Virus record (IMG/VR): IMGVR_UViG_3300025103_000058
Coordinates: 1 to 39,858 of that record
Strand: one strand, 5' to 3'
DNA length: 39,858 bases
Origin: a virus
Lineage: Duplodnaviria > Caudoviricetes
Shown here: in pieces, positions 9,043 to 18,629 of the stretch
Layout of the letters: every line of letters begins with the position of its first letter
Numbering within the stretch: the stretch's first letter is position 1
Notes under the pieces: model-generated
What the model saw: only the letters and a program-made list of their open reading frames with translations
What the model was told of the DNA's origin: nothing
Database searches by the model: none
Program-made: the position numbers and the translations under genes

Positions 9043-12000
9043 ATGCCAGAGATCAAGCATAATTTTACCGGTGGTAAAATGAACAAGGATGTCGATCAAA
9101 GACTTGTTCCAAAAGGAGAATATAGAGATGCAATGAACATACAGGTTTCAACTTCAGAAGGATCTGACGTTGGTACTGTTCAAAATATATTGGGTAACTC
9201 ACTAGTGCAAACCCAAGCTCTATTGGATTATAATGATCACGAATGTATTGGCTCTGTATCTGATGAGAAAAACGACGCTTTTTATTGGCTTGTGGCTGAG
9301 AAAACTTGGAAGGATCAGATGCAGGCATATTCTACTATTTCTCTTAACCAATCAGTTCATACTAATAGTTCTCCTTTGTTAGATATCATGATAACTAACT
9401 TTGCGGCTTTTACGAGTAATCCTCTCTGGATTAAAGAATCTAAATCAATTATACTACAACATAAAGATGATAATATAAACGTTGTGTTTGTAGATAAAGC
9501 GTCTGTAACTGTAACTGCCTGGCAAGGGGCTGGAACCGGTAGTGGGGGTCAAAGTCAGTTTGATATGGCTTCTAATGACTATGTTTCTGGAGACACACTT
9601 GTAGTGTCATCTGGGTTTTCAAGTTGGGGTACTGGTGGATCTGGTTATACAAACACGACTTCTTACCAACTAGAGGTATATGACGTTTCGAACATACACC
9701 CAGGGATGACCGTTAAGGGCCTTGGACTTGATCCTTATTATCATAAACTAATAAATTACTGGGAAAACGCTGTTGTTGTGTCGATAGAAGAAGTTGGTAC
9801 TTGGGTTGATTCTTTTGGGAAAACACGTATACAAGGTATAGTTCAGTTAAATGTTAATACAGGTGGATTTGCGTGCATGGAGCCTCCTGTGAGTTTTCAA
9901 GAATTTGGCTCTGTTCAACCTTCAGCGTGGCAACAAACCTACATAAGCGGAGGCTGTGGATATAAAAATCTAGGTCAATGGATGCCTCTTAGTATGGTAG
10001 TTACACATTGGGTTTTTGAAACACAAACTCTTGATTTGGATATTAAATACCCCGTAACAGGAATAAACATTGTTGACGATTTATTATTTTGGACAGACAA
10101 TAACTCCGAGCCAAAATGTATAAATATAAATGATAGTATAAATGGTACAGATCAAAGTGGTTTAGTCCACACTAACATATTAGTTGAAGATAGGAATATC
10201 AGTGCGGATTTAGGAACAGAAGTTGCGGCGCGACAAAAACACGTTACTACTATAAAATCTCCGCCTAAAAACGCTCCAATGTTACGAGTAGGCGTCGCGA
10301 GAGATGGTAACTCAAACGGTCTAATATATGGTCTTGATTTACAAGGCGTGGGTGTGGGTCAATCTATTACAGGTGTTGATATAATTTCTCCTTTTGGAGA
10401 TGGGTTGAACTATCAAGAGGGAGACAGTTTAGCTCTTAAAAACATTGATTCATACAGCGGTGTCGCATCTCCATCAGAGTATTATCCAATTAATGCGGTT
10501 GACAGTGAATTGGTTTTAGTTATCACAAGCATTGGGAGCCAGAGTCTGAGTGGGATGTTTAATGTTACGCTTGAGGTTGTAAATTTTGCGCTTATTGGGG
10601 CTCAGCTTGGGACTTTAGATTATGCGTGCGACTGGTTGGAAGATACTAAACCTTTATATAGACTTAAATTCCCAAGATTCGCAACAAGATACAAGTATAA
10701 AGACAACCAGTACTCTCCTTTCTCTCCTTTTTCTGAAATAGCTTTTCAACCTGGAAATTATTCGTTTAACGCTAGGGTTGGCCATAACTCTGGTATGGAA
10801 AATATTATTTCTAGATTAACGTTGTTAGACATAATAACACCTGATATGCCTGAAGATGTTGTTGCTATTGATATTTTGTACAAAGAATCTAACTCGCCAA
10901 ACATCTATGTGGTAGATACTATTGTAAATATTCCACCGACACTCCCAGCCGATCCTACATCACAATTATTTAATCAACTTACTGATGATTACGGTTATCT
11001 TATAACCGCGGAAAGTATTAGTCACACTTTACCGTCAAACCAATTGCTACGCCCTTATGACAATGTTCCAAGAAAAGCCCTCGCGCAAGACGTTACTGGT
11101 AATAGGATTGTATACGCTAATTACTTACAAAACTATAGTATTGATAAAAATAAAATTAACCTTAGGTCTTGGGTTACCCCGTATAGTTCCACGGGCGTAA
11201 GTAAGAGTTTAAAGTCTTTAAGAGATTATGATATTGGTATTATGTTTGCGGATAAATATGGTAGAGAAACACCTATTATAACTTCGGCTAATTCTAAAAT
11301 AACAATAGATAAAGACAAGGCTGACGGAAATAATCGTTTTAATATCAAGTGGTACCCGATTGACGGTTATCAACTTCCTTCTTGGGTAGATTCTTATAAG
11401 TTTTATATAAAAGAAACGTCTTCTGACTATTATAATCTAGCTATGGATAGATTTTATGATGCTGAGGACGGTAACGTTTGGTTATCGTTTCCATCGTCAG
11501 ACAGGAACAAAGTGGATGATGAAACGTATTTAATATTAAAAAAAGAACAAGGTTCAGACCAGTTGGCTAAAAACGATTATAGATATAAAATACTAGATAT
11601 TAGCAACGAGGTGCCAGACTATGTAAAGGTAGACAAGCAAAATGTTGGAAAATTTGTACAAGGAACAGATTCATTTAACGCAACTAACTACGGCAGAGGT
11701 TCGCTCGACATAATAGACGTGGATGCTAATGATGATGGTGGTTTATTTATGGATCCTGACAATTACAATAATAAAGTTTACGAAAGCGATGTGTTGATAA
11801 ACGGATTACCGGGTCATTATAAATTACACTTAATAGGTAGAACACATTTTGATAACACACCGGCTATTGGTAGGTTGAAATTAAGGTCGTTAATATCTAA
11901 AGATCACGAAGTAGAGATTAGACTAAGCACTATTAAACCCGTAGGTAGTAGTGAGACTGAACAAGGAAAGTACACTACTAAATGGTATAAGCTACAGGAT

Positions 12001-15000
12001 ATTACGTATTACAGACAAGCAGGTTTATTTGAAGATGACGGTGGAAGTGGGCAGTCTCGCGTTAGCGAATTTACATTTCATTTAGCAGAACCTTTTAATA
12101 ATGACGCGGAGTTCTTTTTTACGGATCAGTCGGGTACTGTTACCGTGCCAACTACTAATGGCGCGCCAGTTTTAGAGATTAGAAAATTAATACCTAGAGA
12201 AAATAAAGCTGAGTTTAACGGTAGATTTTTTGTTAAAATACTAAAAGATATTAGTTTCTATGAACAAGTATTATCTAACACTGGAACAGAACAATTAGTA
12301 TCTAGCTTGAACCACGATTTTGGGTACGTAAAAGATTATAGCCAAGAGGATATTGGTGGTTTAACAGCGACCGAAACTCAAGCTAATTTCTATGACGCGA
12401 TGAGTGGGTCTACTCCAACAATGGGTGGTATTATGGCGCAAATCAGTGCTTTACCCCACTCGTGGGCGGCGGCTAGGTATACTGGTGGAGGCACTATGGA
12501 CGGTGTGCCTATTCCAACTAAATCTTATTATCACCCCAAAACATGGGGATACATATTAAGAAAGACACATGGTTCCAACGCTAACGGATGGTTTATTGAC
12601 GAGGCTTTTGCAACCGCAGTTGATGGTATTGATAGTTTGGGAATAAGTGCTGAGTGGGGAGAAGATGGAAAACAATCAAGAACCGATATATTAGAAAGAA
12701 ACCAACAATCTCTTTTTGGAGGTTGGAACTCTGCTTCAGCACCACAAATTACATTGGATTATAACGCGGGTGTTGACACGGATATGGAAACGCTTTATAA
12801 CTTCCCTTATTACGAAAACATTTTAACAGAACTTACTGGTTGTGTGCCTCAAGATGACAACACTAGTTACAGCACCCCTGGCGTTTGTGGTGATAACCGC
12901 TACCCGACCATAGATATTCCGCTATTAAATCACGGTTCAAACCTTAGTGCATATCAATATTTTCACTTGGGTAATGGGGCTGGGGCCAACACGGGTCGTA
13001 GTAACAGGTTGGATTTGTCGTTTATTGGTGGTATACATGATGAGTGGAAGACTAAGGGTAAGTTGCAACCAGCTACATGGATCAACTTTTTTGATCAATT
13101 ACACATGAGGTATAATCTTCCAGATGACTACTGGGATGTGTGGGAGCAGCTTGTGGTTGGAAATAAGTTTAAATTTGCTGATGATCCAACAGATGAAGTT
13201 TTTACAATTGTAAGTGTGTCTGTGTCGCTTAAAAATAATTATTCAGAAGGTTATTATGACGACACTTATCCAGGTGCTTCAGACCTAAGTGGCTATCAAA
13301 GTAATTACCCACATAGCGCGAGTACAAACATTAACCACAGTAGCGCTTACACTAACAACGCAAACCATAGGATTACGTGGAGCTTAGAGCTTGACAAAAA
13401 CATTGGAGACAGTGGTTTTACTCCAACTATTGGTAATGCTGTCGGGATTCCTGGATATGCTGGAGTTTGGGACACGCCTGGTATAAACACAAATCTTTCC
13501 AGAATAATATTTTTAGAAGCAAAAATGGTTTTTGATGGTTTTGGTGTTGATTCATCAATCGATCCATCTATATGGGAGACGGAGCCAAAAGAATCTACGG
13601 ATCTAGACGTGTATTACGAGGCTAGCAGAACTTATCAGCTTAGTATTAGTAAGGAAAACGCGTTAACAACAATACCAGTTGGTTCTATTGTTAGTTCCAC
13701 AACTTCAACTGGAACTGTGGATCCAGGAACAATAGTTGTTGATTGGCAAAGTAGACAGATAGGTCCAAATATAGTTATTGTAACAAACAAACCGTTAACA
13801 TATAACAATGGTTACAATTTAATGTTTACGTTGCAAGACGGTTCTGAAGTGCAAGTAGAATATTGGACAAGCGCTTCTACAGCAACTTATCCTGATGCTG
13901 ACGCTTCAAATCCTTTAAATACCTCTGGTAGTTTAGATTACTACCAATATTACGTAAAACCGTTTTTGTTAGGTTTACCAAAAGGATTGTCTTGGAGTAA
14001 TTGTTATTCTTTTAACAATGGTGTAGAATCAAATAGAATAAGAGATGATTTTAACGCTGTTAAAATTGATAATGGAGCAACAGTGTCCACGATTCTTGAT
14101 GAGCCGTATGAAGAGGAACGTAGAAAATATGGTTTAATATATTCTGGTATATATAATTCCACTAGCGGTGTAAACAACTTTAATCAATTTATAGCTGCTG
14201 AAAAAATTACAAAAGATATAAACCCTATTTACGGTAGTATACAAAAACTACATAGTGGATGGGGACAGGGTGGAGATTTAGTAGCGCTTTGTGAAGATAG
14301 AGTATTAAAAATATTAGCAAATAAAGACGCTTTATTCAACGCTGATGGAAATACAAATGTAACTTCAACAAACAATGTTTTAGGTCAAGCTATCCCTTAT
14401 TCTGGTGAGTATGGTATATCTAAAAACCCAGAATCATTTGCATCGGAAGCTTATAGAATTTACTTCACCGATAAAGTTAGAGGTACTGTTATGAGGTTGT
14501 CTATGGACGGATTAACACCTATATCAAATCACGGTATGAAAGATTGGTTTAGAGATCACCTAAAACTAGGTGATAAACTAATTGGTAGTTATGACGATAA
14601 AAAAGATGAATATAATGTTACTATAAAAGGTGATACTATTGCTAAAACAGTTACATTTAAAGAAGATGTAAAAGGTTGGGTGAGTTTCAAATCATTTACA
14701 CCTGAAAATGCTATTAGCTGTGCTAATGAATATTACACGTTTAAAGATGGTAATATATGGAAACACCACGATGAGTTTGTTAATAGAAATACTTTTTATG
14801 ATCAAGATCTTGTGCCATCAACTTTAGAGGTTGTATTTAACGAGGTTCCTGGAAGTGTAAAATCTTTTAAAACTGTAAACTACGAGGGTTCACAAGCTAA
14901 AGTAACAAAAGAAACTGGTGATAACGAATATTTTAATCTAGCAGATGTAGAAGGTTGGCATGTTACTAACGTTATTACTAATTTAGAACAAGGTGGTATA

Positions 15001-18000
15001 ACTGAGTTTATAAATAAAGAAGGTAAGTGGTTTGGGTATGTTACAGGTAACGATGTTACTATAAACCCTACTGGTAACGTGTCAGGTAACTATGATACTG
15101 AAGATTCTAGTATACAAGGTATAGGTAGAACTGCTGGTACAACAACTAGTGTTGTATTCGGTTGTATGGACAATACAATGTTTAACTATAATGACGCTGC
15201 TACTAATGATGATGGTTCTTGTATTGATTTTAACCATGGGTGTACAGATGCTAGCGCTGATAACTACCTTCCAAGTGCTAATACAGACGATGGAACTTGT
15301 TATTGGTTAGGTTGTACAACAGGACCTCTCGCTGTTTGGTCTCAAGAAGCGGCGGGTGGATCGATGAACTTTGACTCTAACGCAACTGTTGATGATGGTA
15401 GTTGTATCCCAGCTGTTTGGGGATGTACTATTTCAGGTAATTGGAATTATAACCCATCAGCAAACTTTGGTTCAGGAATTTTAAGTGACGGTACTTCTTG
15501 TGGATACGCTGATTGTATGTGTATTCCTATAATACCTGGTTGTACTGATACAACTGCTGATAACTACATTACGCCTGTTGACGAGATGACAGATGTTAAT
15601 TATGACGATGGAAGTTGTGAATATTTAGGATGTACTGATCCTATAGCTACAAACTATAGCTTTACAGGTAGTTCACCGGTTGTTGATGGTCCTAATGGAA
15701 ATTTAACTTATCTAAATGGTACTGCGGTTGATGATGGCCTATGCACTTACATTGGTGGTTGTATGGACGCTACAGCATGTAACTATGATGCATCAGCTAC
15801 GGTTGACAACGGTTTGTGTAATTATTGTGGAGACACAGATGTTAGTACAATCAACAACGATGGCGCAGACCCAAGTTGTACAACTGGTTGTGAGTATTGT
15901 TATGGACCTACAAACCTTCAAATAATCTCTCAAACAACAGCTGATGCTGGAATGAGTAATGGAGAGGTTGTTATAGAGTGGACAGAGTCCACTTCCCCAA
16001 CGATAAACTACTATCAATTAGGTTATCTAGGAAATATTGTTGATATCCTTGATTCAGGAACTGGTACAGGAACATATACAATAACTGGTTTACCCGCTGG
16101 GACTCTTACAATAACGTTAAGTGGTCTTTGCGACATGACTGGCTTATACGCTGGTAATTTAGCTCTTGGATCTACAGTTAGCACAAGTGTAACAATTACG
16201 TCAACTCCAATACCCGGTTGTACAGATGGCACTGGAGCAAATAATAACGTTGGTGGAACTTGGGGCGCTTGTAATTATGATCCTATTGCAACAGTAGATG
16301 ATGGTACTTGTGAATACGCAACATGTACTGGTTGTAACGATAATACGTTCTTAGAATTTTGTGGTGATTGTTGGGATGCTGTTAATCAAGTTGTTGTAGT
16401 TGGTGGTGGAAGTACTTGGGTTGCTGATACAATTCCTACTAGTTGTTTGACTCTTATAGTTCCTGGATGTATGGACGTAACTGCGATAAATTTTGATCCT
16501 GCTGCGACCGTAGATGATGGTTCTTGTATTACTGCTATTCCAGGTTGTATGGATGATACGTTAAACAACGATGGAACTTATGCGGCTTCAAATTACAATG
16601 CACTTGCTAATGTAGATGATGGTTCTTGTAATCCTTACAACTGCCCAACAATAGAAATTACACAAAGTTCTACTAACACCACTTTTAAAATAAACACATA
16701 TAACACCCCGTATCCTAACACCTCCGCCTATTGGAATGGGTCAGGTACAAACGCTACTATTGATGGTAATAATGTAACACTAAACCCTTGGAGTAGTGGA
16801 ATGAGTGGTAATACCGTTATTGGGGTTAAAACAAGTGAGCCAACAATGAACTACGTTGCGGTTGTATCTCCTCCTTCTACTACCGTTGATATAGTATTTA
16901 ACGTTATAACAGTTGATGGTAATTGTTCTATAACAGAAACGCAAACATTTACTATTGGTTGTGCTGATAGTGCGGCTACTAATGCCACTGGTTTTGATAT
17001 ATCGGACAACACACAGTGTACATATTCAGGATGTATTGATGCTACGGCGTGTAATTTCAACGCAGGAGCGACTATAGATGATGGTTCTTGTACTTATGGT
17101 GGATGTACAGATCCAACTGCTTCAAATTATGATGCAGCTGCTGGTTGTGATGATGGTTCTTGTGTTATCGCTGGTTGTATGGACGCTACATTAAATGCTG
17201 ATGGATTTGGTTTATACGCAGCGGATAATTATGATCCTGACGCTACCACACCTTGTAACGATGGGACTAATGATAACAGTTGTTGTACTTACACTGGAAC
17301 GCCGCTTGTGAGCGAACTACAAGGATTCGGTTTTGGGGGAAGCACCGCTTACCAACGTATTAGAGCTACTGGAGACAACTATGGTACAGCTTACAACTCA
17401 GCTTTAGTTACATCTATAGATCTTGGCGTTGGAACTAACACGGCTACTATTACTAATCCAGGAATTGAGATCGATCCATCTCAGAGTGGAGTGACTTGGA
17501 GTGGTGGTACGCAAGCATTCTCGGGTCTTGTTCAGCAAAATGAGTGGGCACCACATGTTGATATTAATGGAGCTTATGGCGTTGCAAGTGGTGATTTAAC
17601 TATAACGTATCATGCTGATTGGTCAGGACCAATAATTAATCCTTCTATGAACGATGTAATAACGACTAGTACTTCAAATACTTTCGTGCTCTCAGCGGGT
17701 TGTAAAACGGATGCTTCAGCTATGAACTATAACCCAAATTTAGACCTTCAGATTGATGGTAGTTGTATAGCTCCTAACCCAGGATGTATGGATGCTACGG
17801 CAACTAACTATGATGCTGCATTTAATCAAGATTGTACTTTTGATGGTAGTACAAACCCTAACGATTGCTGTTGTTATACTTGTGATGAACCTACTTTTGA
17901 TGCAACTAATCCTGTTGTTGTTAACACTTGGAATGATCCAATCACCCCTACATACGCAACACAAATTACATTTAACTTTGCTTCGGTGGATACAGCTACC

Positions 18001-18228
18001 TCTTACGCAATTTTAATAGACAATGGAGCATCTCCTCCTGGATTCATCTCTATTGTTTCACCTACTATAAATAGCGGTCTTGCTTCCTACACTTACAACA
18101 CTAATTTTAACTACTTCCTAAACGAAAGTACTTACGATTTTCAAGTAATAGCAGTTTGTGAGAACAACGATGGTGATTCTTGTGGAAATTCTGAGTCAGC
18201 TACAATAACTATTACACTAAACGATTAA
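9043..18228 (+). CDS. Tail stabilization/nozzle protein (P22 gp10-like) with large insertions and a C-terminal Cys-rich repeat plus FN3/Ig-like extension
   Basis: Conserved-looking blocks: FTGGKMNKD, LLFWTDN, GNRIVYANY, DKYGRETP, NGVESNRIRDDFN, YGISKNPESFA, YFTDKVRG. The last ~1000 aa are GCxD...NY...DDGSC repeats. Confidence 0.75.
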   Translation: MPEIKHNFTGGKMNKDVDQRLVPKGEYRDAMNIQVSTSEGSDVGTVQNILGNSLVQTQALLDYNDHECIGSVSDEKNDAFYWLVAEKTWKDQMQAYSTISLNQSVHTNSSPLLDIMITNFAAFTSNPLWIKESKSIILQHKDDNINVVFVDKASVTVTAWQGAGTGSGGQSQFDMASNDYVSGDTLVVSSGFSSWGTGGSGYTNTTSYQLEVYDVSNIHPGMTVKGLGLDPYYHKLINYWENAVVVSIEEVGTWVDSFGKTRIQGIVQLNVNTGGFACMEPPVSFQEFGSVQPSAWQQTYISGGCGYKNLGQWMPLSMVVTHWVFETQTLDLDIKYPVTGINIVDDLLFWTDNNSEPKCININDSINGTDQSGLVHTNILVEDRNISADLGTEVAARQKHVTTIKSPPKNAPMLRVGVARDGNSNGLIYGLDLQGVGVGQSITGVDIISPFGDGLNYQEGDSLALKNIDSYSGVASPSEYYPINAVDSELVLVITSIGSQSLSGMFNVTLEVVNFALIGAQLGTLDYACDWLEDTKPLYRLKFPRFATRYKYKDNQYSPFSPFSEIAFQPGNYSFNARVGHNSGMENIISRLTLLDIITPDMPEDVVAIDILYKESNSPNIYVVDTIVNIPPTLPADPTSQLFNQLTDDYGYLITAESISHTLPSNQLLRPYDNVPRKALAQDVTGNRIVYANYLQNYSIDKNKINLRSWVTPYSSTGVSKSLKSLRDYDIGIMFADKYGRETPIITSANSKITIDKDKADGNNRFNIKWYPIDGYQLPSWVDSYKFYIKETSSDYYNLAMDRFYDAEDGNVWLSFPSSDRNKVDDETYLILKKEQGSDQLAKNDYRYKILDISNEVPDYVKVDKQNVGKFVQGTDSFNATNYGRGSLDIIDVDANDDGGLFMDPDNYNNKVYESDVLINGLPGHYKLHLIGRTHFDNTPAIGRLKLRSLISKDHEVEIRLSTIKPVGSSETEQGKYTTKWYKLQDITYYRQAGLFEDDGGSGQSRVSEFTFHLAEPFNNDAEFFFTDQSGTVTVPTTNGAPVLEIRKLIPRENKAEFNGRFFVKILKDISFYEQVLSNTGTEQLVSSLNHDFGYVKDYSQEDIGGLTATETQANFYDAMSGSTPTMGGIMAQISALPHSWAAARYTGGGTMDGVPIPTKSYYHPKTWGYILRKTHGSNANGWFIDEAFATAVDGIDSLGISAEWGEDGKQSRTDILERNQQSLFGGWNSASAPQITLDYNAGVDTDMETLYNFPYYENILTELTGCVPQDDNTSYSTPGVCGDNRYPTIDIPLLNHGSNLSAYQYFHLGNGAGANTGRSNRLDLSFIGGIHDEWKTKGKLQPATWINFFDQLHMRYNLPDDYWDVWEQLVVGNKFKFADDPTDEVFTIVSVSVSLKNNYSEGYYDDTYPGASDLSGYQSNYPHSASTNINHSSAYTNNANHRITWSLELDKNIGDSGFTPTIGNAVGIPGYAGVWDTPGINTNLSRIIFLEAKMVFDGFGVDSSIDPSIWETEPKESTDLDVYYEASRTYQLSISKENALTTIPVGSIVSSTTSTGTVDPGTIVVDWQSRQIGPNIVIVTNKPLTYNNGYNLMFTLQDGSEVQVEYWTSASTATYPDADASNPLNTSGSLDYYQYYVKPFLLGLPKGLSWSNCYSFNNGVESNRIRDDFNAVKIDNGATVSTILDEPYEEERRKYGLIYSGIYNSTSGVNNFNQFIAAEKITKDINPIYGSIQKLHSGWGQGGDLVALCEDRVLKILANKDALFNADGNTNVTSTNNVLGQAIPYSGEYGISKNPESFASEAYRIYFTDKVRGTVMRLSMDGLTPISNHGMKDWFRDHLKLGDKLIGSYDDKKDEYNVTIKGDTIAKTVTFKEDVKGWVSFKSFTPENAISCANEYYTFKDGNIWKHHDEFVNRNTFYDQDLVPSTLEVVFNEVPGSVKSFKTVNYEGSQAKVTKETGDNEYFNLADVEGWHVTNVITNLEQGGITEFINKEGKWFGYVTGNDVTINPTGNVSGNYDTEDSSIQGIGRTAGTTTSVVFGCMDNTMFNYNDAATNDDGSCIDFNHGCTDASADNYLPSANTDDGTCYWLGCTTGPLAVWSQEAAGGSMNFDSNATVDDGSCIPAVWGCTISGNWNYNPSANFGSGILSDGTSCGYADCMCIPIIPGCTDTTADNYITPVDEMTDVNYDDGSCEYLGCTDPIATNYSFTGSSPVVDGPNGNLTYLNGTAVDDGLCTYIGGCMDATACNYDASATVDNGLCNYCGDTDVSTINNDGADPSCTTGCEYCYGPTNLQIISQTTADAGMSNGEVVIEWTESTSPTINYYQLGYLGNIVDILDSGTGTGTYTITGLPAGTLTITLSGLCDMTGLYAGNLALGSTVSTSVTITSTPIPGCTDGTGANNNVGGTWGACNYDPIATVDDGTCEYATCTGCNDNTFLEFCGDCWDAVNQVVVVGGGSTWVADTIPTSCLTLIVPGCMDVTAINFDPAATVDDGSCITAIPGCMDDTLNNDGTYAASNYNALANVDDGSCNPYNCPTIEITQSSTNTTFKINTYNTPYPNTSAYWNGSGTNATIDGNNVTLNPWSSGMSGNTVIGVKTSEPTMNYVAVVSPPSTTVDIVFNVITVDGNCSITETQTFTIGCADSAATNATGFDISDNTQCTYSGCIDATACNFNAGATIDDGSCTYGGCTDPTASNYDAAAGCDDGSCVIAGCMDATLNADGFGLYAADNYDPDATTPCNDGTNDNSCCTYTGTPLVSELQGFGFGGSTAYQRIRATGDNYGTAYNSALVTSIDLGVGTNTATITNPGIEIDPSQSGVTWSGGTQAFSGLVQQNEWAPHVDINGAYGVASGDLTITYHADWSGPIINPSMNDVITTSTSNTFVLSAGCKTDASAMNYNPNLDLQIDGSCIAPNPGCMDATATNYDAAFNQDCTFDGSTNPNDCCCYTCDEPTFDATNPVVVNTWNDPITPTYATQITFNFASVDTATSYAILIDNGASPPGFISIVSPTINSGLASYTYNTNFNYFLNESTYDFQVIAVCENNDGDSCGNSESATITITLND
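15160..17874 (+). repeat. Coding repeats, about 16-18 copies of GC(T/M)DxxAxN(Y/F)xxxAxxDDG(S/T)C
   Basis: Directly visible in the translation, e.g. GCMDNTMFNYNDAATNDDGSC and GCTDPTASNYDAAAGCDDGSC. Clusters are separated by beta-rich domains. Confidence 0.92.
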
Positions 18229-18230
18229 AT

Positions 18231-18617
18231 ATGGCATACGTACAAACATTAAATTTTGATCACGATATAAATACCTCTCTACAAGTTGGAGATCAGGTTT
18301 ACATGACGAGCACATCGGATTTCGGTGGTTTTCAACAGAATTCTAGCGCAGTACCGATACATATCGGTCAAGTTCATAGTATTATTTCTTCTACAGAGAT
18401 AGAGGTTTATAGTGAATATGTTGATAGTTTTGGTGATCCTTTGCCTTACAACCTATTAGATCCAGATGGAGGTGATTATATATCCTTCTCTAAAAATAGA
18501 GTTGTAAATAACAACGATTTACTAGGGTACTATGCTTCTGTTCATTTTGTAAACAATTCAACTACAGACGCTAAATTATGGTCGGTAGGAAGTGGTGTAA
18601 CTGAAAACAGTAAATAA
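18231..18617 (+). CDS. Small tail-associated protein
   Basis: 128 aa with INTSLQVGD and LLGYYASV motifs. Starts 2 nt after the gp10-like gene. Confidence 0.55.
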   Translation: MAYVQTLNFDHDINTSLQVGDQVYMTSTSDFGGFQQNSSAVPIHIGQVHSIISSTEIEVYSEYVDSFGDPLPYNLLDPDGGDYISFSKNRVVNNNDLLGYYASVHFVNNSTTDAKLWSVGSGVTENSK

Positions 18618-18629
18618 TAAATAATAACT

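Noticed and set aside
15160-17874. CRISPR array or DGR template/variable repeats
   Set aside because: The repeats are degenerate at DNA level, conserved as in-frame peptide, and variable in length. No cas or reverse transcriptase gene is present in the window.
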